This document shows positions 50,553-64,000 of a stretch of DNA of 64,000 nucleotides, one piece after another. This DNA is from Octopus vulgaris (taxonomy: Eukaryota). Where the stretch lies: contig OX597817.1 in NCBI GenBank assembly GCA_951406725.2, positions 108,996,001 to 109,060,000 of the forward strand, read 5' to 3'. How positions within the stretch are numbered: position 1 is the first letter of the stretch; every line of letters begins with the position of its first letter. The notes beneath the pieces are model-generated. The model worked only from the letters and a program-made list of their open reading frames with translations. It did no database searches and was not told where the DNA came from. The position numbers and the translations under genes were made by a program.

Positions 50553-53500
50553 GCAAATATGTACATGTTAATACACACACTCATATGTACATACAAATGT
50601 ATATATATGTGTGTGTGTGTGTGGAGAGAGAGAGAGAGAAATAGAAAGAGAATTTGGAGCAATACATGATTTGGATATGGAAACATGATTCTTCCTAAAA
50701 AATTCAATACTTCTCTGCATATTATCTTTTCTGATCAATAGCAATTTAGTTTATACTGTTGATGTTCTTTTTGGCAATTTGTTGTGGTTTTTGCTACTAT
50801 TGTTGTGTTGTTCATGTTGTTCTTGTTTCGTTCACGTTTTTATTCATGGCGGTATTGTTTTTGAGGTTGTGACAGTTTTTTTGAATGCTGTTGTTGAGCC
50901 ACGAGCCTTCTTTGAGTGAATAGACTTATAACGATTATTTTTCTGTCGGGTGTGTGTATACTACTATGTCCAATGTATTTTTTTAAAAAGAAAGTCATAT
51001 ATTCGCAGAAATTCACCGCTATTTATTGAAAGCCGGGGAAACAAGCTGTTTGACGTAGAATGAAAGAATTATTTGTCTTTAAAACCTTGCTCTGCAGAAG
51101 TTATTGGTATCATCACTCACCCTTCTGCAAACACTTGTTTCTTTTCTTCCCAGTCTTCGGCACTCTAATCTTAGTTCTGAGCAACAACTCTATGATTGGG
51201 AGAAAATTGCACAGAAAATAAATATCCGTCAAGAGATCACATATGTAATATTTTGAACTGAAGAACTTCAAGTAACCGAGGTTACACATTATGAATTTAT
51301 CAGATACAGAGCCAAACTAGAAAAAAGTTAATGTTACATACTTCCAATATCTAAGATATTTAATGTTGAAAAAGAAAAAGAAGAAAGGAAGATATTCATC
51401 ATTGAATATAGAGATAGATTCCGAGACAAACGTACAAAATAGTGAAAATATTCCAAATTTTGACTCGCCCTTTAACACTGTAGAATAAAAAAAAAAAAAC
51501 TAAAAGTATTTTATTGAAAAAGTAGTTACTATGAAATCGTGGTTTATTATATAATATTAATCAGATTGTAACACAAAACTGATCTTTAATGTCTTACACA
51601 TTCTATCGCTAGTCTTCATAACAAGGAAAACAGTAGTTTCTCTTTAAATATAGGTGTCTCTTCTATTATATTGCTATACACGTTTATAATTCTTGTAGTA
51701 TTTTCATCATAGGAAACGTTCTCAATAATTTCTTGTACGTTCTCCGTTCTATACAAAGCATAACTTTGTAACGATTGTATGACCCCTATAAAGGGAATCA
51801 ATGTAACCGAGCAGCTGTTGTGAATATTTTATCTGCACAAACTATTTAACCATGCATATTATATTAAAAGAAACAGTGTTTTGAAAACCACACATAGAGC
51901 GAATGAACTCTGTTAAATATAATGATTTATTGTTCTTTTGGCTATGTACAAGCTGAATTATATAATCAAATACATTTTAAATAGCTATTGTCAATGTACA
52001 TTATGAGGAAAAGTAAAAACCAATGTTTCATGTGAAATGTTCGTGAGAGAAGGAAAATAAGTTTCTCAGAAGAAGGTCCCCGTCTGAAACTTTATTCTCA
52101 ACTATTTTTCACGTCAGACCTGAGATGTTGGTATCATGTTTCTTTTGATTATATTTTTGAATTTAATTATAACCGCGCATTCTATCACAAGTCTTCTACT
52201 AATAATTGTATACGTTTACTTCAAATAATTGTTATCATACATACAAAAATTTATAGGCATAGCTTATTTTCATATTACAAAGAGTAACCAATTGCTGTCG
52301 TTTGTTACCTGTTCCCCAGGAGTCAACTACTGGGTCACTTTATTTCTGATGAACAGGGTGCCAAGTTAATTACTTAAGTAGATAAAAGACTGTATTTGAT
52401 ATGATCAGGTTTCTTGTTCTTTTCGCTCAAGTTTGCATTATTTGCCGCTACATATTAGCGATTCATAGTTCCATATATACAAACTTTTTTCCACTTATAA
52501 GTTATTGGCCAACCCGAGGCTACGTAGAACACACATTCCAAGGCCAAGCTGTGCGATTGAACACATAAGTGCGTGGTTTCCGAGTGAATTTCCTACCCAC
52601 AATAAAGAGCTTTAATAGCTGTGGTTTATTGGAGAGCCAGACATTTATATTCAATTTTTCTGTTTAGTTCGCTTTTACTATACAAATACATACAATACAA
52701 CGATATTAATAACAGAATCGTGATAGAAATTTGCAGAACCTCAAATGAAACCATTCAATTTGCTTATGGCAATCGCCTTATAATTTATCAATATCTTTAT
52801 TATTACTTCATTATATTACTCATAACCTATTCTGACTCCTAAAGCACTTTATTATAGATTGCATTATTTCAAGTCGATAGATGACATGTTAATCTCTGGA
52901 AAGGATGCTAATTTATTGCAAGTTTCTTTTGTCAAGAGATTGTTCGAGCAAATGCGTTTCCTTAATCCCACAAGTACTTTCTACTGTACTATAATTATAA
53001 CCTGCATATCAGTAAAATTTCTGCTGTTTCTATTTATCATCGAACGAACTATGGAAGACTAAACAAAAGCTACAACAGGAAGTAAACAGATATGCGCAAG
53101 TAAAAATAGGAATCAAGCTTTAACAGTATTTAGTATGCAAAACGAAGAGCGACGAAAGATGACGATATGCAAAACTGTACATTCTGTTAGATGCAACATA
53201 CTGTTAGATATAACCTACCTTTGAAGTTATTTTGAGACATACAGAAAAGTCTGCAAAAATTTCTGATGGAAAATTCAGAACGGAAGTCACAGTCTGCGAC
53301 TTGGAAGCTGAAAGAATGGAGTTGTTAGGAATGCAACGATACAGAATTGCTGAAATTTATCTATCTTTATAAACACACACACACACACACACACGCACAC
53401 ACATGAATTATGTACTGTGTGTGTGTGTGTGTATTTGTGTGAGTATCTGCTGCGTGTGTAATGATCTATGGTTTCCGGTTCAGGTATTTTCAGCGGATAA

Positions 53501-55120
53501 ACATAGCATAAATAGTATGAAAGAAATTTGAAATAATACTAAAAGGGCATCTGTGCTACAAATATGCTGTTATGGCCTAACGAACGGCTACTTAAAATAA
53601 TCGGTGAAATATGAGACAAAGCTCAAAAACAAAACATATTCTTCAAATGTAAACCTATTTTCTTATTCACAGTTTCTTCTATAATGACGTAAAGTATTCA
53701 TGCGTCAGTGTTTATCCTATTCTACCTTCACATATACTTATTAAAAATAGGCTACACAGGAAATTGCTATACAGTATTAATTAACAAGCAGGAAGAAAGT
53801 ATTAAACTAAACATGCAAAAATGTCTTTATAGTACATGTCTATCTAGAGATAAAACAACAACAATCCAACAGAGAAATACTTACGTAGTTGACCGGGATA
53901 CTAGGAATACAAATTAGGTCTCTTGCATACCATGCCTTACCATTTTAACTAAGGTTACTGACAAGAAATAATTTAGTTACTCTCATAGAGACTTAAGTAA
54001 AACAATGTCCAGAGTTGGAACGCCTTTCATCATAGGTCAAATGGGTGTGACCGTGAGCTAAACTCAGAAACAACAGTAACACCACACACATAATTTTTGT
54101 TTTTAATAATGTTTTTCAAAAAAATCTTATCAAAAAATCTTTTCAAAAAAAATATTATCATATGTTTAATATCTTAACTTTTGACACTTGCTTTCAAATA
54201 AGAGAAACTATGTCAGTAATTTGTGAGGTGTCACCCTGAAAATGCTTCTAAAATATTTTCAACAGTATCTTATATTTTGAAATTTGATGTCAAGACTATT
54301 TCCAACGTAAATTCATAAATCTTTTATTTCGAAATTAAGTTTTCAGTTAAAATTAGGTTTTGTAGCGGATCATTTGATGAAATTGTTTACATCAGTTTAT
54401 CTTCATTCTTCGTTTCTTTAACTTCTTCTATCTATTATTTTTAAGACCATCATGGATACCCCACTTCAAATGCATTAGGGCACTGAGAGACAAATTAATT
54501 TTCCAATACATTCTATCACAGTATGAGAATTTACTTATAGTATTGTCTCGTAAAAGGATTGTAGATGAAGGAAAAAATATACAGACAGAGACACAAGACA
54601 TACTTATTGTCTAACAAGCACACTCATTATATGATGGATACCTGTCATTATATCTCCATCAAGTAAAAATAACGGCCACAGTGCCTCTAGTCTGGATCTG
54701 TTACTTAAGATATTGTAATTCTGAGTTTGAAAATATAAATAGTGATGGCTTAAATGTAATTAAATTGCTTATAAAATAAATTTGCTTACATTTCTTCAAT
54801 AATATTTTTAGAAAATATATCGCTATAATGAAATCATACAGGAAACGTAAAGGCTTGGAGCTATTCGATACTCTGTCTTCCTAATTGATATGTGCTTATC
54901 GTACTACTTTGAGCGTTTCGACTTACATCTGTTTACGCGTTACAATTTTAATGCATTGATGCAATGAGTCAAAATACGTCTTGCGTTTTGCACATATTCA
55001 TGTCTTTCATTGTTTCAACAAAAAATTATTTTCGCATACTTGAGAGCTTTGAAAATATTCACAGAAACAAAGCATGATCATTTAAAAAATAGCAAACGCG
55101 AGTGCTACCTTACCTACGCA

Positions 55121-55123
<3 letters not shown>

Positions 55124-55208
<85 letters not shown>

Positions 55209-55420
55209 TGTACGTATGTATGTATGTATGTATGTCTGTATGTCTGTATGTATATGTATATATATATATATGTATATGTATATATATGTATATATATATA
55301 TATGTATGTATGTATATGTATGTATATATATATAGGCATGTATGCATTATGTATTAATGAATGTGTGTATATATTTATATGCTGTATATAACATAAATGT
55401 ATATATATATACATACATAT
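55124..55420. repeat. (TA)n/(TATG)n microsatellite
   Basis: Direct reading. Confidence 0.97.
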
Positions 55421-57741
55421 ATTTACAAAATGTTTTTAAAAGAGTGTATGTGTATATGGTAAAGTCATGTATTTGAACACACAATATAAAATTAAATTCT
55501 AAAGTTATAGCTCTTAGTAAAATCCATTATTACAGCAAACAACAACCTCCAGATATTCATGTTGCAATCCCTGCCCTTTATTAATGATAAACTATGAAGA
55601 AAACACCATTGTTACTCTTCTTTATTTAAAATTTGCGAAACTAGGGAAAATTTTAATTCATATTTACATACATTCTTAAGGATACTCGAAGGTACGTCAA
55701 GTACTGGAAAAACTATCACTTGTTGACAAGGTGTACTAAGACCAAAATATATCTGTAGTTGTCACTGACCCTACCAAAATCAAAACTCTCTTGTTATTGC
55801 AAGCTCCAATTAATTTTAAATCATTCTGGAATTTAGAGTTATCTTCTTTGCTAAGTACTATCATAAAGACTAATTACTTTTATTTTGAACGTGGATGTAA
55901 TTTTAATTAATTGATCATTTTTTAAAGTCATTACATTAGGTGCTCTAATCCTTATGTATATGAATTGGACAGATTGATTTTTAGATAACCAATATAATGC
56001 TTTTCGCAATTGCAATCGTACACAAAGGCAAAACAACTAATACCTTATTAAATTCCCAAAAGCTTGATTTTTCAAATAAAAGCAATCAATATCGTATTCA
56101 TTTCACACTACAGCAATTATTCGGAGATGCCAAGTAATTAGAACCATATTCATTTTACATCGGTCTGTTTGTTTACATGTCCAAAGTAACCAATATTTTA
56201 TCCATTCCACTTATTGTGAACAAATGACTTGACATTTTCTGATTAAATGCATTGTTGATGGAAAATTTGAACCCTTAACTGATCTTAAATAAAACAGTTC
56301 CAATTAAAGAATCTGATTCGGGTCAAGGGAATGTCGTTCTGGTAGAACGTTCGCGTTGGGAAATATAGTTAAATGTATTCATTGTTAAGATCTCGATTTA
56401 CTGGTTTGATTACTAAGAACCGATATGGTTTATAGGCAGTACAATTTCTATTAATTTTAAACAGTAAAGTCACTCAATCCAATACACTCAACACTTTATT
56501 ACATGCCAAATATGATACTAAATCCACCAATAAATTGGGCAATACTTTATCTTGTATTATATGCAATGATTTATGCAAACCTTTACTTTCTCCTCTTTCT
56601 GACGAACATCTATGCTCAAAACATAAAAAAAAAACACTTTTTCCATCTATACTGAGTGTCAAGCTAATACATGCCATATGTACCTCATTGTTCCTTTGTT
56701 ATTTGTTATTTTTAATGCTCTATTTTTAACGTTCATTTTTTTAATGTTCGATTTGGCACTATGTGTGTGTGTATGTGTGTGTTTGTGTGTGTTCTCAGAG
56801 TATAGCTGATCATCGATTTCCATGAAGTCAATGGAACCAGTGCAGTTAGTAAGATAGAATCATAGATATAATTGATATCATGAATGGTATTAAGCAAACG
56901 TGTATCTGACCCGTGCTCTCTTGCTCCTATTTAAATTAAATTCGCAATGACGACGATTTGAAGCAAACGGGACTTTTGCTACTGCACATACCAGTAGGAA
57001 ATATCAAAATTTATTCATTACATTCCACTTTGTCCCCCTACTCCCCAAGTTCGATAAAGTACCTCTCGGATGTATACGATGGTTCATGCAATGTTGTACA
57101 CACAGCTGTTTTACGATTCATATTGTACCTACATATGAAACCAATGTTGCAATGCTGGTGACAAACCAGCACCACAACTTCAAATATTGACTGTATGTGC
57201 TAAGAGGTACGAGACTCCAACCGGGCAACGAATCTGTGTCACTAAATCTGTTTTGCAAGAGACAACCTGTTTCTCATTTCCAGGAGTTGTTCTTTAATAC
57301 TGAAACTAAAATGGATCTTAAGCTTCATAGAATTTAATTATAAATTTGAAAAACTAAACTGGACAAACATATTTTTAGGTTTACATGGAAGGCTCTAATT
57401 AAATGGTTTTTAAAGGCATTACTGGAGTTTTTCATTTCATTCAACTTCAGTTACATCATCGAACGGAAATTCTAGAGTTATTGATTGTTCTGTTACCACT
57501 CGCTTCCAAGATTTCTGCCAATGGCTGAGGGGTGCCTACACAGGGTAAAATTTTATCACTATTATACTGAGAAAAATAAAACCGCCAGACAGAAAGACAA
57601 ACAGAAAAACACACACACACAGATGCATATATGCACACATGCATACATACACACACACACACAAACACACTTACACACATTTATACATCCAAACACACAA
57701 ACATATATATATTCATATACATGTATAAATGTCTACATACA

Positions 57742-57925
<184 letters not shown>

Positions 57926-60900
57926 GAATTTGTCATATATTGTTTAAGCGTCTCTAAATGGTTTATACATATTACTTTATTCAAGTACTTTATTCAAGAA
58001 TTTGATTTTAATGTGAAACTCTTGTGTAATTATTCATATTTTCTTAAATGTTCTTATCTGAAACATAAGGGAATATAATAATAGAGCAAGGAAGAAACCT
58101 GAACAGAACATTAATGTAAATGATATTTTGACGTTCTATAAACAGTCGACATCCCAAGGTCTTCTTAAAATATTTACAAGCAAAATCTCCCGCACATTAA
58201 CATAAGAATTTAAATCAATATTAAATACATAAACGTTATAACTACTTTCCAATTTTCTTTATGAATGTTTCAGAAATATGCCAACTCTGCTATTACCTGA
58301 GATATCAATTCCAAATATACATCATTAACAAAGAAATTTCACGGGTGACGTAACGCGGTTCTAATTTCTTGGCAAATCAAACACAACTCACATTCCCACT
58401 TAATGCCGAATCATTTACATTAATATCGCCGATAAATTACATGGCCATCACAACTTTTCGTTTGTTTTTCCCTAAATGTCAGATCCGGAGATGTACTTGT
58501 TTATTCCAAGTAATTTGTTATTTCATCACCAGTAACGTATTTCTGTATGTAATATCTTGACTGTTGTTGTGACATCATTGCAACATTTTGAAATGGATAA
58601 GTTGAAATGTTTTCCCATTCTTTCCTCTAGATACAGTTTTACAAGAACAGAAAATCGAAGCTGCATTGTGCGTGTGTAATTTATCCGGTGGCGTAGGCTT
58701 TGTAAATTAAATACAATTGCTAATCAAATCTAGGTTATAGAGTCCGTTTCAAAGAAATCTAACATATTTTCAGTATTTGCTAGTAAGCTTTTATTGATCT
58801 AAATTATTGATTTCTTTCAAGACCCCATCATATGAAACATTAAGCCTTTCTGAAAGCGTTAGAGGTCTATCTCTAATCATTACAATCAACAATCTGATAG
58901 AGATTACATACACCACTTTGCTTTAGCTAATCTCCTGTGTATAGCACACATTGTTTATTAAATGATTTCTTAAGATCAAAAACTACATTGATAGAAATAA
59001 TATAAGTGAATATATGTACTATTTCCTTCATTTAAAATGTACAAGCCGCCAAACGTCTTTCAACACTTAATGATTATAATCGAAATTTAAGTAGTAACAA
59101 GGGATAACATTTTGGCAAGATTAAACTGTGAATCTATTTTGTTTAACGTTACTTTAGTTACAGCTTTCAAGGATGAAAAGGACGATGCGGATAACTACAT
59201 CCACCAACATTAAAAAAAATTCTCAACGAATATCATTCAAGTCATCAGCAGCTTTCTGAAACTCTTAGGTAACAATTTGATTACAATAGATTCAATTTAC
59301 AAGCGTCAGGAACAGCTATGGAGTTAGTATTAGAGTCACAAGATAGTTAGGACCGCATCCCAAGATTACTCTCTCTCTCTCTCTCTCTCTCTCTCTTTAA
59401 ATCTCGACGAAACGTTATCTAATACTTATTGACATCCTACAAAGCCCAAGTAAGGATTTCTATGGAATAGTGGATTACATGAAACAATGCTGCAACTCCT
59501 GCTGCGATACACACATACATCCTAGACTACCTCTTAGAAGAGAACAAGACGTGTAATTAGCATCAGAATTCCTCTTTTTAGCTTTTCCATCACTACTATA
59601 ATGGACTATTCACTTTCGGAATAGGATGTGTCCATGCCACTTCCATTCAGACATTTCCGAGCCACTCGGCGTTCGTCTTCTCCACACTTTTCTTGTCCAA
59701 CTTACAAATCTCGAACTCCTCAATATATCCTATTATCGGCACTTGGGAACCACCCCTCTGCTTGAATCTCCACCGCATCTCTTGAGATAATGAATCAAGA
59801 GGAATATCGATAATATCAATTTCAGCGGTGACGGAGGCACTGAGGATGCCATGGTTCACTGTTGCTTCTATCAGATCCAACAGGCAAAGAAAAAAAGTGT
59901 GCCTCCTACCTCCAATATTTTAGTTTTAGTCTTATTCGCTAATATCTTATCGAATATTGGCATAAGTTAGTGGACTTTCTTAAGTAACAAAAGTTTGATG
60001 CAGACCGAAATGAATAGGTAACGATTCCCAATTGAAAAACGCTGTGTTTCTTATATTCATTTTATTGTAAGCCAATGTTATTTTAAAACTTACCAAGTAC
60101 TTCTCTGTATGAAAATTGCTTTAGAGTTAGGATGATAATGTTTTGTTTAACCAGTTCCTGAAAGTATTTCCAGAAACCTAAGACTCCAGTTATGCTTCAT
60201 TTATTCTGAGAAGCTACAATTTTAATATTTTCCTTGTATTCATCGGGTAAAACTGTTCATACTAAAAGCTTCCATACGCTTTCTTTGATCATAATATTCA
60301 CTCCCTAATAGGTTCTCTTCAACAGTTGTAAGTCGACACGTGTCAGGAAAATGGATAAGAAGTAAATTCTTCAAAACCGTGGGAATGAAGACTTGAGCCT
60401 AGTGGTTAGAAAACTGGTAGTGAAATTGGTATTGAACAAAGATATTTTAATTACATATTTGATGCGTTTTAAGATATCTTATCTATATATTGTTGAAATA
60501 ACTGCATACGATTTATTTATTTCTGCCATACTAAAGTGATTAATATTGTCGTTCAAACTTTCGTCACTTAATTTTAATTAACAACGATTGGATTACGTCG
60601 TTACTGACATTTTAAAATGATATAAACAATGCAATTTATTACAATATCATGGCAGTAAAGCAAAAGCAGCCACAAAATTTACATTCAAATAATTTTTTTC
60701 ATACATACAATTCATACTTTATGTACATCGACTACACATAAAACTTATTCAAATGGAACATATTCAATTTAACACGCTAACCGACTACCATAATTTCGAT
60801 TGTATATACCCTAGTTTTGCAGCATTTGTAGCATTCAAGTTTTAAGTGCAGTAACTGCGGATATTTCAACTGTACTTTGAAACTAACGCATGCCATTTAA

Positions 60901-61936
60901 GTTTCCGTTATACTAATTGAAATCTACAGAACTGCACTATCTAAGGCTAAGAATGGAATAAAGTTTTCTGAAATCAAAAACATATTGCTTATTATTTTAA
61001 AAATTAAATTTCGTGTCATCAAGCTATTACTTTATAAAGGATTCGCTCATGTGTCTCAATATTAAAATTTTAGTGTCAAATTTACCTTTATTCGTTGATG
61101 TCATGATTCTCCGCCAGCTTAACAGAAAGAACAACAAAAAATTTAATCAATTCTCATTAATTTCCTCATTTGTATAGATAAGTCTATATTGAAACACGAT
61201 GCCTTTATGATTGTCTAATAAAATATAAATTGAACAGACGATTTATTGATATTTACCGTCTATTACAAAATCTAGAATACACTGTACAGATATTTTTCGA
61301 AGGAAATACATCTAAACGCTAAGTAGCATATTTAAGAACAATAATGCTTGAATAACAATGACGAAATATTACAGAAGCTGTGTGTATGTAAGCTTGTATT
61401 TATGTGTGTGTGCGTGTGCAAAATGAAGTAATATGATACAAAGTGATGTTAGGCATCACTGGATTTGCAATAGTGTCACATTGTAATAGTATTTTCTGAA
61501 ACATTATTGACAGAATATTAATATTCTGTCGTAAATTACTTGAGAAAGTACAATCCATTTATAACAGTCACACAAGGTCTCGAGCAATTCAAGCCTTCCG
61601 TAGATAGAGCGATTCCTATAGATTCATCACCAAGAGAAAAAAAATTAGAATATAAAACAGAAAATCAATTCAGACGGCACTATTATAACATTTGATACCA
61701 TTCTGATATCTCTTGAGAAATAACAAAATCAAGTAAAAAGATATAAAGAGTAAGTGTTGATAAATAAGATCAGTAATATGTAGAGGCTGACGGCAACTCG
61801 GAAGGACTCTAGCACATATCTCTATACAATATGAACTATATGCAATAGGAAAGAAAACTCACTGTACATAATCAAACAGTAATGCTTACATTCGCATCAT
61901 GTAAATTGGTAAATGATACTCATATCGATAAGAACA

Positions 61937-61998
<62 letters not shown>

Positions 61999-62507
61999 AC
62001 ACACACACACTCTCTCTCTCACTTTCTAATAATGTATTCAAAATTGCAATATTTCAGAATTTATAAGTCTTTGTTGTACCAAATAAGTACCAAATATAAA
62101 ATATGTATCATACAACAGAGAGAGACGAATTATAAATTGTAAAAGATATAATAATAATAAACTAACGTAATCTGTGTGGAATTGGGTGAATGTCATAACT
62201 CATATTATCAGTAACTGCTCCAAAAGAGTTCAAAGTATTACTGTAAATGTATGCTGTGGCTTCCAATCGTGCAAGGAATGAGTTAAATGAAAGAGACTGT
62301 AACTTAAGATAAGTTATACCAATGCTATTGAAAGGAAGAGTACTGCCACCATATGAAAGGTAGTTTCATGAGACAAGGTAAAATGGATTTACGTTAGCAG
62401 TATTGTAGTATAGGATATAAACAGGCTCACATGTTCCTCATAACCATTGCTGTGCATGCGAACGCCGCTAACGTTTGAACCAATGAGAAAGACCGGGTTA
62501 GTATGGG

Positions 62508-62866
62508 AGCAGTGGTCTGAAGTTTAACAAAGGAATTTGATTATACTAGCACGGACTACGAGGCAGTGAAATCTCTTGTCAAGAGTACCCTGTTTAAACA
62601 ACTGCAAGAGCATATTTGACAATGTAACAATAGATAAACTCTGAAGAAATTATTGGCTACGTAACCTGAAATATCAGATCTGATTCCAGCTAGACATAAA
62701 CAACATGAATGTGTAGTAGGCTAAAAGTAGAAAACAAAAACAAACACATTTCGAATCCAATGTAGACAAATTTAAACCACTTGGGCAACAGTAGAAGCAT
62801 GCAATGATTTCACTCTAGCAGTGGTCTGAAGTTTAACAAAGGAATCTGATTATACTAGCACGGACT
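62508..62866 (+). repeat. 50-bp direct repeat pair (62508-62557, 62817-62866)
   Basis: agcagtggtctgaagtttaacaaaggaatYtgattatactagcacggact, one mismatch. Confidence 0.9.
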
Positions 62867-62984
62867 TTCTGACTTTACGTTTTGATGTGTCAACAATAAG
62901 AAGAATTTACATGCGCATTGCAAACAATTGCATCGCTGAATTATTCGTTTGATATGCAGTTCACACAATAGAGGCAAAGACGTC

Positions 62985-63229
62985 GATGATAAATGATGAT
63001 GATGATGATGATGACGATGACGACGACGACGACGACGATGATGATATTGATGATGATGATGATGATGATGATGATGACGATGATGATGATGATGAAATGA
63101 TGACTATGATAAAATGATCATGATGATTAGGATGCGGACGGGGAAGGTAGTGTTGGTTGTAGTAGTGGTGGTCATTGTAATAAAGATAACGTTAATGATA
63201 AAGAAAACAACAACAACCACAATAATAAA

Positions 63230-63283
<54 letters not shown>

Positions 63284-64000
63284 AATGATCAGGAAGTGGA
63301 GGATGGTGGCGATGGTGGTGGTGGTGGTGGTGGTGGTGGTTATGTCAGTTATGAAGACTGTAATGATGACAGCAACGATAACAACAATGGGGCTGCTGTA
63401 AGTTTGCTTCTGTTGATGATGTTGCTAGTAGGGATGATTCTGGTGGGGGGATGAGAATTTATGAAGATGACTTTTATAGCAATGTCAAAACCAACGTCAA
63501 TAACAATGATGTTTATTATGGTGATGGTGATGATGACAATAGTGATACTGGGAGGAGGAGAAAAAGAAGAAGAAGAAGAAGAAGAAGAAGAAGAAGAAGG
63601 GGAAGAAGAAGTAGAAGAAGAGGAGGAAGAAGAAGAAGAAGAGGAGGAGGAGGAGGAAGAAGAAGAAGGAGAAGAAGAAGAAGACGAGGAGGAGGAAGAA
63701 GAAGAGGAGGAGGAGGAGGAGGAAGAAGAAGAAGAAGAAGAAGAAAAAGAAGAAGGGGAAGAAGAAGAAGTAGAAGACGAGGAGGAGGAAGAAGAAGAGG
63801 AGGAGGAGGAGGAGGAATAAGAAGAAGAAGAAGAAAAAGAAGAAGGGGAAGAAGAAGAAGTAGAAGACGAGGAGGAGGAAGAAGAAGAGGAGGAGGAGGA
63901 GGAGGAGGAATAAGAAGAAGAAGAAGAAAAAGAAGAAGGGGAAGAAGAAGAGAAGAAAAAGAAGAAGGGGAAGAAGAAGAAGAAGAAGAAGAAGAAGAAG
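62985..64000. repeat. trinucleotide repeat field (GAT/GAC/GGT) ending in a (GAA/GAG)n polypurine tract
   Basis: Direct reading; runs off the window end. Confidence 0.95.

Noticed and set aside
51616-51835. Possible minus-strand exon
   Set aside because: Frames after the acceptor-like site stop quickly; no homology recognised
55851-56680. Faint Helentron N-terminal-like peptide (LRKALYWLSKN)
   Set aside because: Single short motif, too degraded to support without a profile search
63114-63820. Poly-M/V and poly-E ORFs
   Set aside because: Trinucleotide repeat translations with no unique coding context

Overview
AT-rich, microsatellite-saturated eukaryotic non-coding DNA. The repeat inventory resembles an octopus (coleoid cephalopod) genome; this is inference from repeat types, not a database match. 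No intact protein-coding gene can be supported, and almost all listed ORFs are translations of simple repeats. The only clear host gene is a tRNA-Ser(CGA) on the minus strand (25817-25898). The rest is layered mobile-element debris: several tRNA-derived SINE families, CR1-like LINE 3' ends, restriction-like-endonuclease (RLE) retroelement 3' ends, an RTE-like non-autonomous family, non-autonomous Helitrons (one with a PIF1 fragment and a 165-166 bp tandem array) and a Helentron Rep fossil. The most notable signal is a set of Penelope-like element (PLE) termini from several families. They carry type I hammerhead ribozyme motifs, two with intact cores (15489-15582, 41477-41571), sit in microsatellites, and are repeatedly arranged as inverted repeats or long fold-backs, densest at 40.8-45.8 kb. 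All alignments and folds were done by eye.
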